DNA from: Candidatus Kuenenia stuttgartensis | Lineage (GTDB): Bacteria; Planctomycetota; Brocadiia; Brocadiales; Brocadiaceae | Reading direction: 5' to 3' | NCBI RefSeq assembly: GCF_900232105.1 | Contig: NZ_LT934425.1 | Coordinates: 330,001 to 362,000, forward strand | DNA length: 32,000 nt | Shown: positions 7,402 to 15,306 of the stretch, in pieces | Layout of the letters: each line of letters opens with the position of its first letter | Numbering within the stretch: the first letter of the stretch is position 1 | The notes under the pieces: generated by a model | What the model saw: only the letters and a program-made list of their open reading frames with translations | Told to the model about the DNA's origin: nothing | The model's database searches: none | Translations under genes and position numbers: made by a program

Positions 7402-8880
7402 TTGAATATATTATTAATATACCCTGAATTCCCGGATACATTCTGGAGTTTTAAACACGCCCTTAAATTCATACGCAAAAAGGCATCCTTTCCCCCGCTA
7501 GGACTCCTGACAGTTGCTGCAATGCTGCCGTCGGAGTGGTCAAAGCGACTTATAGACGTCAATGTAACAAAACTCACGGATGACGATCTGTTATGGGCAG
7601 ATTATGCGTTTATCAGCGGCATGGTTGTCCAAAGAACGTCGGCAAAACATATCATTGGCCGTTGCAGTAAAGCCGGTGTTAAGGTGGTTGCCGGAGGCCC
7701 TTTATTCACGAGCGAACATGAACAGTTTGAGAATGTCGATCATTTCGTACTCAACGAAGCGGAGCTAACCCTGTCACCCTTTTTGGAAGACCTGAATAAT
7801 AATTGCGCTAAACGTGTATACATCTCATCTAATTTTGCCGACATTCAAAAAACACCAACCCCTCTGTGGGAGTTAGCCGATCTGAATCAATACGCCTCAA
7901 TGAGCATACAGTACTCTCGAGGTTGTCCATACCACTGCGAGTTTTGCAACGTGACTTCATTATTTGGACGACGTACACGCACCAAAACTGTTGAACAGAT
8001 TATTGCCGAGTTGGATAGTTTCTATAACAGGGGTTGGCGTGGGCCTGTATTCTTCGTAGATGACAATCTCCTAGGTAATAAAAAAACCCTCAAAAACGAA
8101 CTACTGCCAGCCCTGATCAAATGGCAAGGCGAACATGTGCCGATAACGTTTAACACCGAAATTTCCATTAACATTGCCGATGATGAATCCCTGATGCAAA
8201 TGATGTCCGAGGCGGGCTTTATTACGGTTTTTATCGGGATCGAAACGCCGGATACGGATAGCCTGGCAGAATGTAACAAAAAACAGAATAAAAACCGTAA
8301 CCTCCTCGAAGACGTACGGCGTATTCAGCGGGCCGGACTGCAGGTACAAGCGGGTTTTATCGTTGGTTTTGACAGCGACACACCATCCATCTTTCAGCGA
8401 CAAATTGATTTTATACAAAATAGCGGGATTGTGTCTGCGATGATTGGCCTGCTTCAGGCCCCGACAGGAACGCGGCTATACGAACGCCTAATGCAGGAGG
8501 GGCGCTTGCTTGGACAGATGTCTGGAGACAATGTAGACGGCACCACTAACATTATCCCTAAAATGGATATTGATACATTCCGGGAAGGATATAAAAAAAT
8601 ATTGAAACACATTTATACTCCCAAAAACCACTATCAGCGCATAAAGACCCTCTTTCGGGAATATAAAACGCCAAAGATTAAAGCGCAAATTACCTTTAAT
8701 GATATACTGGCGTTATTCCGCGCCATCTACTACCTTGGCATCCTTGGCAATGAACGCTTTCACTTTTGGAAGCTCTTGTTATGGACATCCTTTCACCATC
8801 GGGAATTATTACCACTTTCCATTACCCTTGCAGTTTACGGCTACCATTTCCGCAAGGTCAGCAAATTACACGTCCTGTAA
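7402..8880 (+). CDS. B12-binding-domain radical SAM protein with a DUF4070-type C-terminal region, 492 aa, TTG start
   Basis: The radical SAM cluster motif is YSRGCPYHCEFCNV (CxxxCxxC). The N-terminal MNILLIYPEF...PPLGLLTVAAML...VVAGGP pattern is typical of the cobalamin-binding Rossmann-like domain of class B rSAM enzymes. The long C-terminal helical extension matches DUF4070-type proteins, from memory. Confidence 0.85.
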   Translation: MNILLIYPEFPDTFWSFKHALKFIRKKASFPPLGLLTVAAMLPSEWSKRLIDVNVTKLTDDDLLWADYAFISGMVVQRTSAKHIIGRCSKAGVKVVAGGPLFTSEHEQFENVDHFVLNEAELTLSPFLEDLNNNCAKRVYISSNFADIQKTPTPLWELADLNQYASMSIQYSRGCPYHCEFCNVTSLFGRRTRTKTVEQIIAELDSFYNRGWRGPVFFVDDNLLGNKKTLKNELLPALIKWQGEHVPITFNTEISINIADDESLMQMMSEAGFITVFIGIETPDTDSLAECNKKQNKNRNLLEDVRRIQRAGLQVQAGFIVGFDSDTPSIFQRQIDFIQNSGIVSAMIGLLQAPTGTRLYERLMQEGRLLGQMSGDNVDGTTNIIPKMDIDTFREGYKKILKHIYTPKNHYQRIKTLFREYKTPKIKAQITFNDILALFRAIYYLGILGNERFHFWKLLLWTSFHHRELLPLSITLAVYGYHFRKVSKLHVL

Positions 8881-8888
8881 ATCAAAAA

Positions 8889-8908
8889 AGTCCAGAGGGA
8901 ATTGGACT
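8889..8908 (+). terminator. Weak candidate intrinsic terminator after the rSAM gene
   Basis: The hairpin AGTCCA-gagggaat-TGGACT lies 9 nt after the stop and is followed by cgtccttt. The stem is short and the T-tract is poor. Confidence 0.25.
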
Positions 8909-9103
8909 CGTCCTTTAGAAGGCCTTTGTCAATCTGAAATTGCATTGTATAAATTGAAACACAGAATACCGACAGGGGGATTGAATCTTTATTGCTGTAA
9001 AATTACCCGGAAAAGATTCTTCAGGTGTATCTCAGTGTTTTAAGGTATGAATATGAAAAATGCAGTGGCAAAATAAAAAGGGGCTTCGTCAATAAGGCAT
9101 TCC

Positions 9104-9487
9104 TCATTGGGATTTTTGTTTTATTTCAATCAGGTTGCCGGAAAAATCCTTGAGGAAATATACTGTCTTATCTTTATGTTTTCCCTCAATAAGTTCCGCA
9201 CCAAATCGCCGCGCCTTTTCTGCAATATCCGAAAAGCTTTCAATCATCATCCCGAAATGCGTAAAATTTGGATATGCATGCTTAAAATCAGAGATAAATA
9301 CCTCAATCTTTATCCCGGGCTTTTCAAAAACCAACACTTTGATCTCTCGGGAAAGAGAGAATAATTGCTTTGAAAGTTCCGGCGGTAAAAGTATTTCTCT
9401 TGTTTTTTCAAGACCTAAAAAGTCCCGATAAAATTTCAGGGCGTGATCTTCACTCTTATTTGTGATGCCAATGTGATTTAATTCCAT
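9104..9487 (-). CDS. VOC-family (glyoxalase/bleomycin-resistance/dioxygenase fold) protein, 127 aa
   Basis: The N-terminal LNHIGITNKSEDHALKFYRDFLGLE is the typical VOC beta-alpha-beta-beta-beta opening with a metal-ligand His. The size suits a single-domain dimeric VOC. Confidence 0.75.
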   Translation of the reverse strand: MELNHIGITNKSEDHALKFYRDFLGLEKTREILLPPELSKQLFSLSREIKVLVFEKPGIKIEVFISDFKHAYPNFTHFGMMIESFSDIAEKARRFGAELIEGKHKDKTVYFLKDFSGNLIEIKQKSQ

Positions 9488-9685
9488 GCCGTATTTTAAC
9501 GTTTAATTGTCCCTTGTCAATGGGCAGGTTTCATCGCATTGCTAAACGTACAGTGCACACCCATGTTTGGAGCGTTAGAACCCACATTTTAACACACTTT
9601 GCGGCTCTATACCTAATTACTCAATAAGCGGACTGTATACTTTTTTCAAATTTTTTTATAAAGAAGGTGATATTTTCGATTCTCC

Positions 9686-10237
9686 ATGGATAAATCTCAT
9701 TTAACGATTTTTATTGATTCCAGCTACAACCCAAAGAGAAAGCTTGGCGTAGGTGGATTTTTGTGTATTCCGCATAACCCCGGTGAAACACCTGCAAACA
9801 AAGACATGTTCGAGGCATGGTATTTTCCGGATGCAGTGAAAACAAGGATTGTGGAGAATACAACGAATACGCGGCTGGAACTTCAGACACTTCTTTGGGC
9901 ACTTGAATCCCTCACATTAGAAAACGGGAACAAGGCCTCTGAAAAGAGGGATTTCATAACAATTTATACAGACTGCCGTACCGCAGTTGATTTGCCTGGA
10001 CGAAGGAGGAGGCTTGAGGACGTTTATTATCTCAGTAAAAGAAAGGGCTCTGTTTTGCGGAATGCGGATATCTATAAAAGCATTTTTGCGCTCTATGATG
10101 AGTTTTTGCCAAAGCTCGTCTGGATTAAAGGACATACCCCTAAAAAAGACCGTGTTGGCGTACATCAAATATTTTCGGAAGTAGATAGATTAGTCAGGAA
10201 CCATTTGAGAGCTTACATCGCTCGTACATGCCCATGA
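9686..10237 (+). CDS. Divergent stand-alone RNase H-like (RNase HI / RVT_3-type) domain protein, 183 aa
   Basis: The catalytic pattern appears in the canonical order: TIFIDSS (Asp), NTRLELQTLLWAL (Glu), ITIYTDC (Asp), VWIKGH (His) and SEVDRLVR (Asp). A ~35-aa insertion lies between the first strand and the Glu helix. Confidence 0.65.
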   Translation: MDKSHLTIFIDSSYNPKRKLGVGGFLCIPHNPGETPANKDMFEAWYFPDAVKTRIVENTTNTRLELQTLLWALESLTLENGNKASEKRDFITIYTDCRTAVDLPGRRRRLEDVYYLSKRKGSVLRNADIYKSIFALYDEFLPKLVWIKGHTPKKDRVGVHQIFSEVDRLVRNHLRAYIARTCP

Positions 10238-10320
10238 TTCTTGGAAGATCCTGTAGTTAGCAATCTATGGAGACATTCATTTATTCTGTATGTTTATTTG
10301 TACAATAAATAGAGTATAAA

Positions 10321-11109
10321 TTATTCTTCTGGCATATCTTTTTCCCTGGTAGTTTCTAATCCTACTACTTCTTTTGCTAACGCTATATAGTCTTTTGCTC
10401 CGGAACTTTCAGGTGCATACATAGTAATAGGTTTTGAGGAAATTGGACATTCTGCCAAACGTACGTTTTCACGAATTATTGTATTAAAAACCTTTTCATG
10501 AAAACGCTCTTTCACTTGTTTATACACCTCATTGCTTAGATTTGTCCTGCTATCAAATCTGCACGCAATAATACCGGTGACTTCCAGTTTATGATTCAGC
10601 CGTTCCTTTATTATCTGAACGGTATTTACAAGTGTTACCAGCCCATTCAACGCCAGCACTTTTGTTTCAAGAGGAATAAAGACTTCTTTTACAAAAGTAA
10701 GTGCATTTATCGTTATCAAGCCCAATGAAGGCGGACAATCCAACAAAATATAATCATAATTATTTGCAACAGGAGCGATTCTTTTGCGTAAGATAAGATC
10801 GCGTTCTTTTTCATTTGCCAAAATTCTTTCCACACCTGCCAACGCAACGTTTGAGGGTGCGAGGGTGAGATTATGAACACAAGTATCTTTCAGAATCTCT
10901 TCAAAATAAACCTCTTGCAAAAAGACATTGTACATCGATTTTTCTAAGGAATGTATATCGAGCCCAAACCATGAACTCATGTTGCCCTGAGGGTCCAAAT
11001 CAACCAATAAAACCTTCTTTCCCATTTCAGAAAGACAGGCACCAAGATTTACCGTTGTCGTTGTTTTAGCAACACCACCCTTTTGATTTGTCAGCGCAAT
11101 ACTACGCAT
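10321..11109 (-). CDS. parA: ParA/Soj-family ATPase, 262 aa, with no adjacent ParB
   Basis: The deviant Walker A is NQKGGVAKTTTTVNL, followed by LLVDLDPQGN and ILLDCPPSLG (Walker B region). The protein shows full-length ParA/MinD-superfamily collinearity. Confidence 0.9.
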   Translation of the reverse strand: MRSIALTNQKGGVAKTTTTVNLGACLSEMGKKVLLVDLDPQGNMSSWFGLDIHSLEKSMYNVFLQEVYFEEILKDTCVHNLTLAPSNVALAGVERILANEKERDLILRKRIAPVANNYDYILLDCPPSLGLITINALTFVKEVFIPLETKVLALNGLVTLVNTVQIIKERLNHKLEVTGIIACRFDSRTNLSNEVYKQVKERFHEKVFNTIIRENVRLAECPISSKPITMYAPESSGAKDYIALAKEVVGLETTREKDMPEE

Positions 11110-11319
11110 ATTGTTATTTATTCAATTGAGAAAAAATGAAAAATATTAAAATAAATGTAACATTTAAATAGTTTTATGAGTGATCTTTATCGATTCGGAT
11201 AAAAATAGCACAATGTGTGAATATAACCAAAATAAAAAGGTTTCTCTACACTAATTTTATTGAACCTTCCGCAATTTTTTATGGGTATTCAAAATTGCAT
11301 TATATTTATTAGTTAGTCA

Positions 11320-11348
11320 TTGACACTGCTTTTTTAGCCTGATATAGT
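11320..11348 (+). promoter_or_regulatory. Candidate sigma-70-type promoter for the 585-aa membrane protein gene
   Basis: The pattern is TTGACA (11320-11325), a 17-nt spacer, then TATAGT (11343-11348), ~145 nt upstream of the ATG at 11494. The AT-rich context makes chance matches likely. Confidence 0.4.
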
Positions 11349-11493
11349 ATTTTTATTTAACTATTCTTGGTTAGATTTTTATATTTTGTATATTTGGTCA
11401 CAGTAGAGTATCACTTTATCATAAATCATAATAATCACTGTTAAAAACAGTCATTCTATGAAATTACCTTAAAAATTTTTAGGATTATTTTTT

Positions 11494-13251
11494 ATGGACA
11501 GGATTCGGGAAAATAGTACGGTAAAGGAAATTGCAGAAAAATTTCCGGTCACCCGAAAGATATTTGATACCTATGGGATAATGTGTGGAGGTGATTCGCT
11601 TCCGGACAAACCTATTTCTTTTTTCGCCAGGATGCACAACATTAATCCGTCTACACTAATAGAGGACTTACAAAACCTTATTGACGGCAAAGAAGTTGAA
11701 AATGATGAAGTGTCTTTAATCAAACCTCAAACAGAGCATATCTATGAATTTTTTATAAAAACATCAATCATCATCGTACTTTCCACCGGTTGTCTGTATG
11801 GAGCTGTAATGTTGGCATACATGGCATATAAGAGATCGTTCCTTTCCGTTCCTTGGGTGTTACTGGAGACACACGGCGATACACAAGTTTATGGATGGGT
11901 GGGATTATTCATAATGGGCCTTTCATTTTTTGCTTTGCCAAAGTTTTGGAATACGATTTTGTATAGCACGCAACTGGCATACAAATCTTTTTTTCTAATG
12001 GTAATAGGAATTTTATTATCTTTTGTTTTCAAAACGATTTCTTATTATTCCGGGGGACTTTTTTTAAAAATTCCGGTATTTGTGGGATTGTCATTGCAAA
12101 CGGCTTCTATTGCTATTTTTATGTATGTTTTATGCAGAACATATTTTTCTTCAGAAAAACGTGACTATGAAGTTTATGAAGGTTTCATACTATCGAGTTT
12201 TCTATGGTTTCTTTTACAAGCATTTGTTTTTACTGCCTTACATTTCCATTACTGCATAGTAGGTAACACAGAGATACCAGCATATTTTAAAGATCCTATC
12301 AGGCATATTCAAATTGTCGGTTTTTCTTGTTTGGTAATAATTGGTATTTTCACTAAAACGTTACCCATATTTCTCGGCATACAAATCCCCAACAGAAAAA
12401 ATAGCGCATATGTGCTGTATCTGCTAAACCTCTCAATAGCGTTAAGGGTATTCTCCGAATTTTACAAAGGCTATACACAAAATCTTCACGGATTTTTTAT
12501 CGCAATATCTTTTATTTCAGGACTTTTAGAAGCCCTCGGAATTTTTCTATTTATTTATAATTTAAACTTATTCGATAAAAAGAAGCTTGTTCAAAACAAG
12601 GTTAAACTCCCCACTGGTTTCAGAAAATACATTCGGGCTGCCTTATTCTGGTTGTTTGTCTCTGAAAGTGCCTTTTTAACTTTTACCCTATATGAGACAT
12701 TTGCAGGAGAAAAGGTTTCTCATGCTTTATTTGGAGCATATAGGCACGCAATTTTTGTAGGATTTATCAGTATGATGATTATCGGATGCGCCTCTAAAAT
12801 GATCCCGCTAAGTAAAGGAGTAAAACTGTACAGCCCTAAATTACTGAATGTAACGTTTTTCCTCATCATATTAGGTTGCGTATTCAGGGTTGTCACCCAA
12901 CCTGTTTCATTTCACCTCAATCCGCAATTTTATTTTTTGCTGGGACTCAGTGGATTTATAGAATATGCCGCTATCTTCCTTTTTAGTATTAATATATGGA
13001 AAACGCTGAAATCTACCCAGGAAGAAATTGCCGAACAAATAAATTCGGCAACTGCATCTACAAATGTTTATCAATTGATCAGACAATATCCGCAAACATT
13101 AGACATTTTAATAGGATATGGTTTTAAACAGCTAAAGAATCCTGTGTTAAGAAATACCCTGGCAAGAACAATAAGCCTGGGACAAGCCGTTCAAATTGTA
13201 TCGGTGAATCTAGAGGATTTGTTAAGGGATTTGAATGCTTCAATGAAGTGA
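11494..13251 (+). CDS. Polytopic membrane protein (about 10-12 TM) flanked by N- and C-terminal DUF1858/ScdA_N-like soluble domains; possibly NnrS-like
   Basis: The N-terminal domain is TVKEIAEKFPVTRKIFDTYGIMCGG...INPSTLIEDLQNLI. The C-terminal domain is NVYQLIRQYPQTLDILIGYGFKQL...SLGQAVQIVSVNLEDLLRDLN. Three similar His motifs lie in the TM core: THGDTQVYGWVGLFIMGLSFFALPKF, IRHIQIVGFSCLVIIGIFTKTLPIF and YRHAIFVGFISMMIIGCASKMIPL. Family assignment is from memory only. Confidence 0.6.
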   Translation: MDRIRENSTVKEIAEKFPVTRKIFDTYGIMCGGDSLPDKPISFFARMHNINPSTLIEDLQNLIDGKEVENDEVSLIKPQTEHIYEFFIKTSIIIVLSTGCLYGAVMLAYMAYKRSFLSVPWVLLETHGDTQVYGWVGLFIMGLSFFALPKFWNTILYSTQLAYKSFFLMVIGILLSFVFKTISYYSGGLFLKIPVFVGLSLQTASIAIFMYVLCRTYFSSEKRDYEVYEGFILSSFLWFLLQAFVFTALHFHYCIVGNTEIPAYFKDPIRHIQIVGFSCLVIIGIFTKTLPIFLGIQIPNRKNSAYVLYLLNLSIALRVFSEFYKGYTQNLHGFFIAISFISGLLEALGIFLFIYNLNLFDKKKLVQNKVKLPTGFRKYIRAALFWLFVSESAFLTFTLYETFAGEKVSHALFGAYRHAIFVGFISMMIIGCASKMIPLSKGVKLYSPKLLNVTFFLIILGCVFRVVTQPVSFHLNPQFYFLLGLSGFIEYAAIFLFSINIWKTLKSTQEEIAEQINSATASTNVYQLIRQYPQTLDILIGYGFKQLKNPVLRNTLARTISLGQAVQIVSVNLEDLLRDLNASMK

Positions 13252-13272
13252 GTGTTGTCTCAAGCCAATAGT

Positions 13273-13848
13273 TTATCTTTCTAACAACACCGGGCTGGCC
13301 TTTACCATATATTTTATACCGGAGACCACAGTAATAATCACCGTCAACCATAACAGAACAATGATTATGTTCTTTATACTTCCCACATGTTTTAAATAAG
13401 CGGAAAAAAGCAACATCAAACTGATAGTCAACGCCTGAACAAACATTTTCGCTTTCCCCCATAATGTAGCACCGAATTCAATGCCTCTTGCTTCAGAATA
13501 ACTTCTTATACTGCTGACAAAAAATTCTCTGGCAACAATCACTAATACCATCCATGGCGGGACATTTTCATAGCCATGTTTTATTAGTAAAATGAAACCC
13601 CCACAAACAATAATTTTGTCCACAAAAGGATCGGCAATACGTCCAAAATCAGTCAAAAGACCTTTCTTCCTTGCTACATAACCATCTAACCAATCTGTTA
13701 ATGACGCTGCTAAAAATGAGAGCAAGGAGAGCGCATAATAATGATAGGACAAGAAAATAAAGAATATAATAGCCAACAAGAGCCTGAATAATGTCAGGCT
13801 ATTCGGAAGGTTAAATATGGTAGATTTTTGGAAATCCATAATCAACAA
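13273..13848 (-). CDS. pgsA: CDP-alcohol phosphatidyltransferase (phosphatidylglycerophosphate synthase-like), 191 aa
   Basis: The CDP-alcohol phosphatidyltransferase signature is DWLDGYVARKKGLLTDFGRIADPFVDK (D-x2-DG-x2-AR-x8-G-x3-D-x3-D). The N-terminal NLPNSLTLFR is also typical. Confidence 0.88.
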   Translation of the reverse strand: MLIMDFQKSTIFNLPNSLTLFRLLLAIIFFIFLSYHYYALSLLSFLAASLTDWLDGYVARKKGLLTDFGRIADPFVDKIIVCGGFILLIKHGYENVPPWMVLVIVAREFFVSSIRSYSEARGIEFGATLWGKAKMFVQALTISLMLLFSAYLKHVGSIKNIIIVLLWLTVIITVVSGIKYMVKASPVLLER

Positions 13849-13998
13849 CTCGCACCCAAATTACACAAGTATGTAGGAATGCCCACATACCCTACAAATC
13901 TTCTGCAGGCATAGACAAACAAAGTTTGTCCATACGACGCATGCAACCAGATCAAATAGTAATAAAAATCGTTTGTACAAACAGGTGATAGAAAATAA

Positions 13999-15306
13999 TC
14001 AAGCCACCAAATCATAACCGTTTACATTACTGATAACTAATTCTCTTATCTCACCCACTTTTATTTGCTTGTCATTTATAAATACTTTTCCATCTACTTC
14101 AGGTGCATCCCCGGACGTCCGCCCTATTAACATTCCGGAAACAACCTCTTTTTCATCAACAATTACAGAGGCCTTCTTCCCGATAAGATTTTTGTTATTT
14201 TCCCAAACAATCTCACGTTGTGCCAGCATTATTTCATTTAACCGTTCTTGCTTCACTTTTTTACCTACTTGTTTCTTAAACTTTGCCGCAGGCGTATTTT
14301 CTTCTTTAGAATATGCAAAAACCCCAAGCCTTTCAAATTTGGTTTTTTTAATAAATTCTAAAAGTTCCTGATATTGTTCATCAGTTTCTCCGGGAAATCC
14401 AACAATTACCGAAGTCCTTAGAACTATGGAACGTATTGATCTTCTTAAATTATTGATTAGGGTCTCAATACTTTTACGGGTAGTGTTTCTGCCCATTTTC
14501 CCCAGTATAGTATCATTAATGTGCTGAATAGGCAAATCGATATATTTACAAATGGTTTCGTGTTCGTTAATGGTATTAATTAATTCAGGATAAAAATGTC
14601 CAGGGTGCGTATATAACAATCGTATCCATTGAATACCTTCAATCGCTGCAATTTTTTCAAGTAATACATGCAACATCTGTTTCCCATATATATCTAAACC
14701 ATATGAAGTCGTATCCTGCGAGATAATATTAATTTCTTTCACCCCTTCAGAAGCCATTTGTCTTGATTCTTCCAGGATATTTTCAATAGATCTGCTCATA
14801 AAATTACCACGTATTCCGGGAATAGCGCAGTAAGTGCATCTATTGTCACAACCATCTGAAATTCTCAAATACGAATAATGTTTCGGGGTGAGTCTGATTC
14901 GATTCCTCCAGTCATCCCCTTGATAAATAGTACTGTTATCCATCTGACGCTTACCTGTTAAATGAGTTATTTTCTCAAAATCTTTTAACCCGACAACATC
15001 ATCTATCTCCGGAATTTCACTTTTCAATTCAGCAGAATAACGCTGCGCCAGACAACCGGTAACAATCAGTTTTTTGCACTGCGCATTTTCTTTGAGTTTT
15101 GCCATCTTAAAAATCATATCAATTGATTCTTTTTTTGAATCATCGATAAAACCACAGGTATTTACAACAAGCACTTCAGCGTCTTCCGGATATTGGCAGA
15201 TAGTACTGCCGTTCGCTGCAATTCGCCCGAGCATTTCTTCTGCATCCACTAAATTTTTAGTGCATCCCAAATTAATTAATGCTACCGTTTTTGATTTGCT
15301 AATCAT
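13999..15306 (-). CDS. rimO: Ribosomal protein S12 methylthiotransferase RimO (MiaB-family radical SAM with C-terminal TRAM)
   Basis: The UPF0004 domain reads VALINLGCTKNLVDAEEMLG and the rSAM motif is SDGCDNRCTYCAIP, with a C-terminal TRAM-like beta region. The track ORF starts at 15354. The ATG at 15306 (MISKSKTVALINLGC) matches normal RimO N-terminal length and overlaps the ftsK stop in ATGATTAG. Confidence 0.85.
   Translation of the reverse strand: MISKSKTVALINLGCTKNLVDAEEMLGRIAANGSTICQYPEDAEVLVVNTCGFIDDSKKESIDMIFKMAKLKENAQCKKLIVTGCLAQRYSAELKSEIPEIDDVVGLKDFEKITHLTGKRQMDNSTIYQGDDWRNRIRLTPKHYSYLRISDGCDNRCTYCAIPGIRGNFMSRSIENILEESRQMASEGVKEINIISQDTTSYGLDIYGKQMLHVLLEKIAAIEGIQWIRLLYTHPGHFYPELINTINEHETICKYIDLPIQHINDTILGKMGRNTTRKSIETLINNLRRSIRSIVLRTSVIVGFPGETDEQYQELLEFIKKTKFERLGVFAYSKEENTPAAKFKKQVGKKVKQERLNEIMLAQREIVWENNKNLIGKKASVIVDEKEVVSGMLIGRTSGDAPEVDGKVFINDKQIKVGEIRELVISNVNGYDLVA

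Noticed and set aside
10238-10320. AT-only hairpin TTTATT-tgtac-AATAAA between the convergent RNase H-like and parA genes, considered as a bidirectional terminator
   Set aside because: The stem is 6 bp and all A/T, which is too weak to call. It is noted only as a possibility.
11110-11493. parS or iteron-like centromere repeats next to the orphan parA
   Set aside because: I found no TGTTTCACGTGAAACA-like palindrome and no repeated motif array by eye, only generic AT-rich sequence plus one promoter-like match.
13124-13462. Minus-strand 112-aa ORF bridging the end of the 585-aa membrane protein gene and pgsA
   Set aside because: It overlaps two well-supported genes in other frames and strands and has no recognisable motif.
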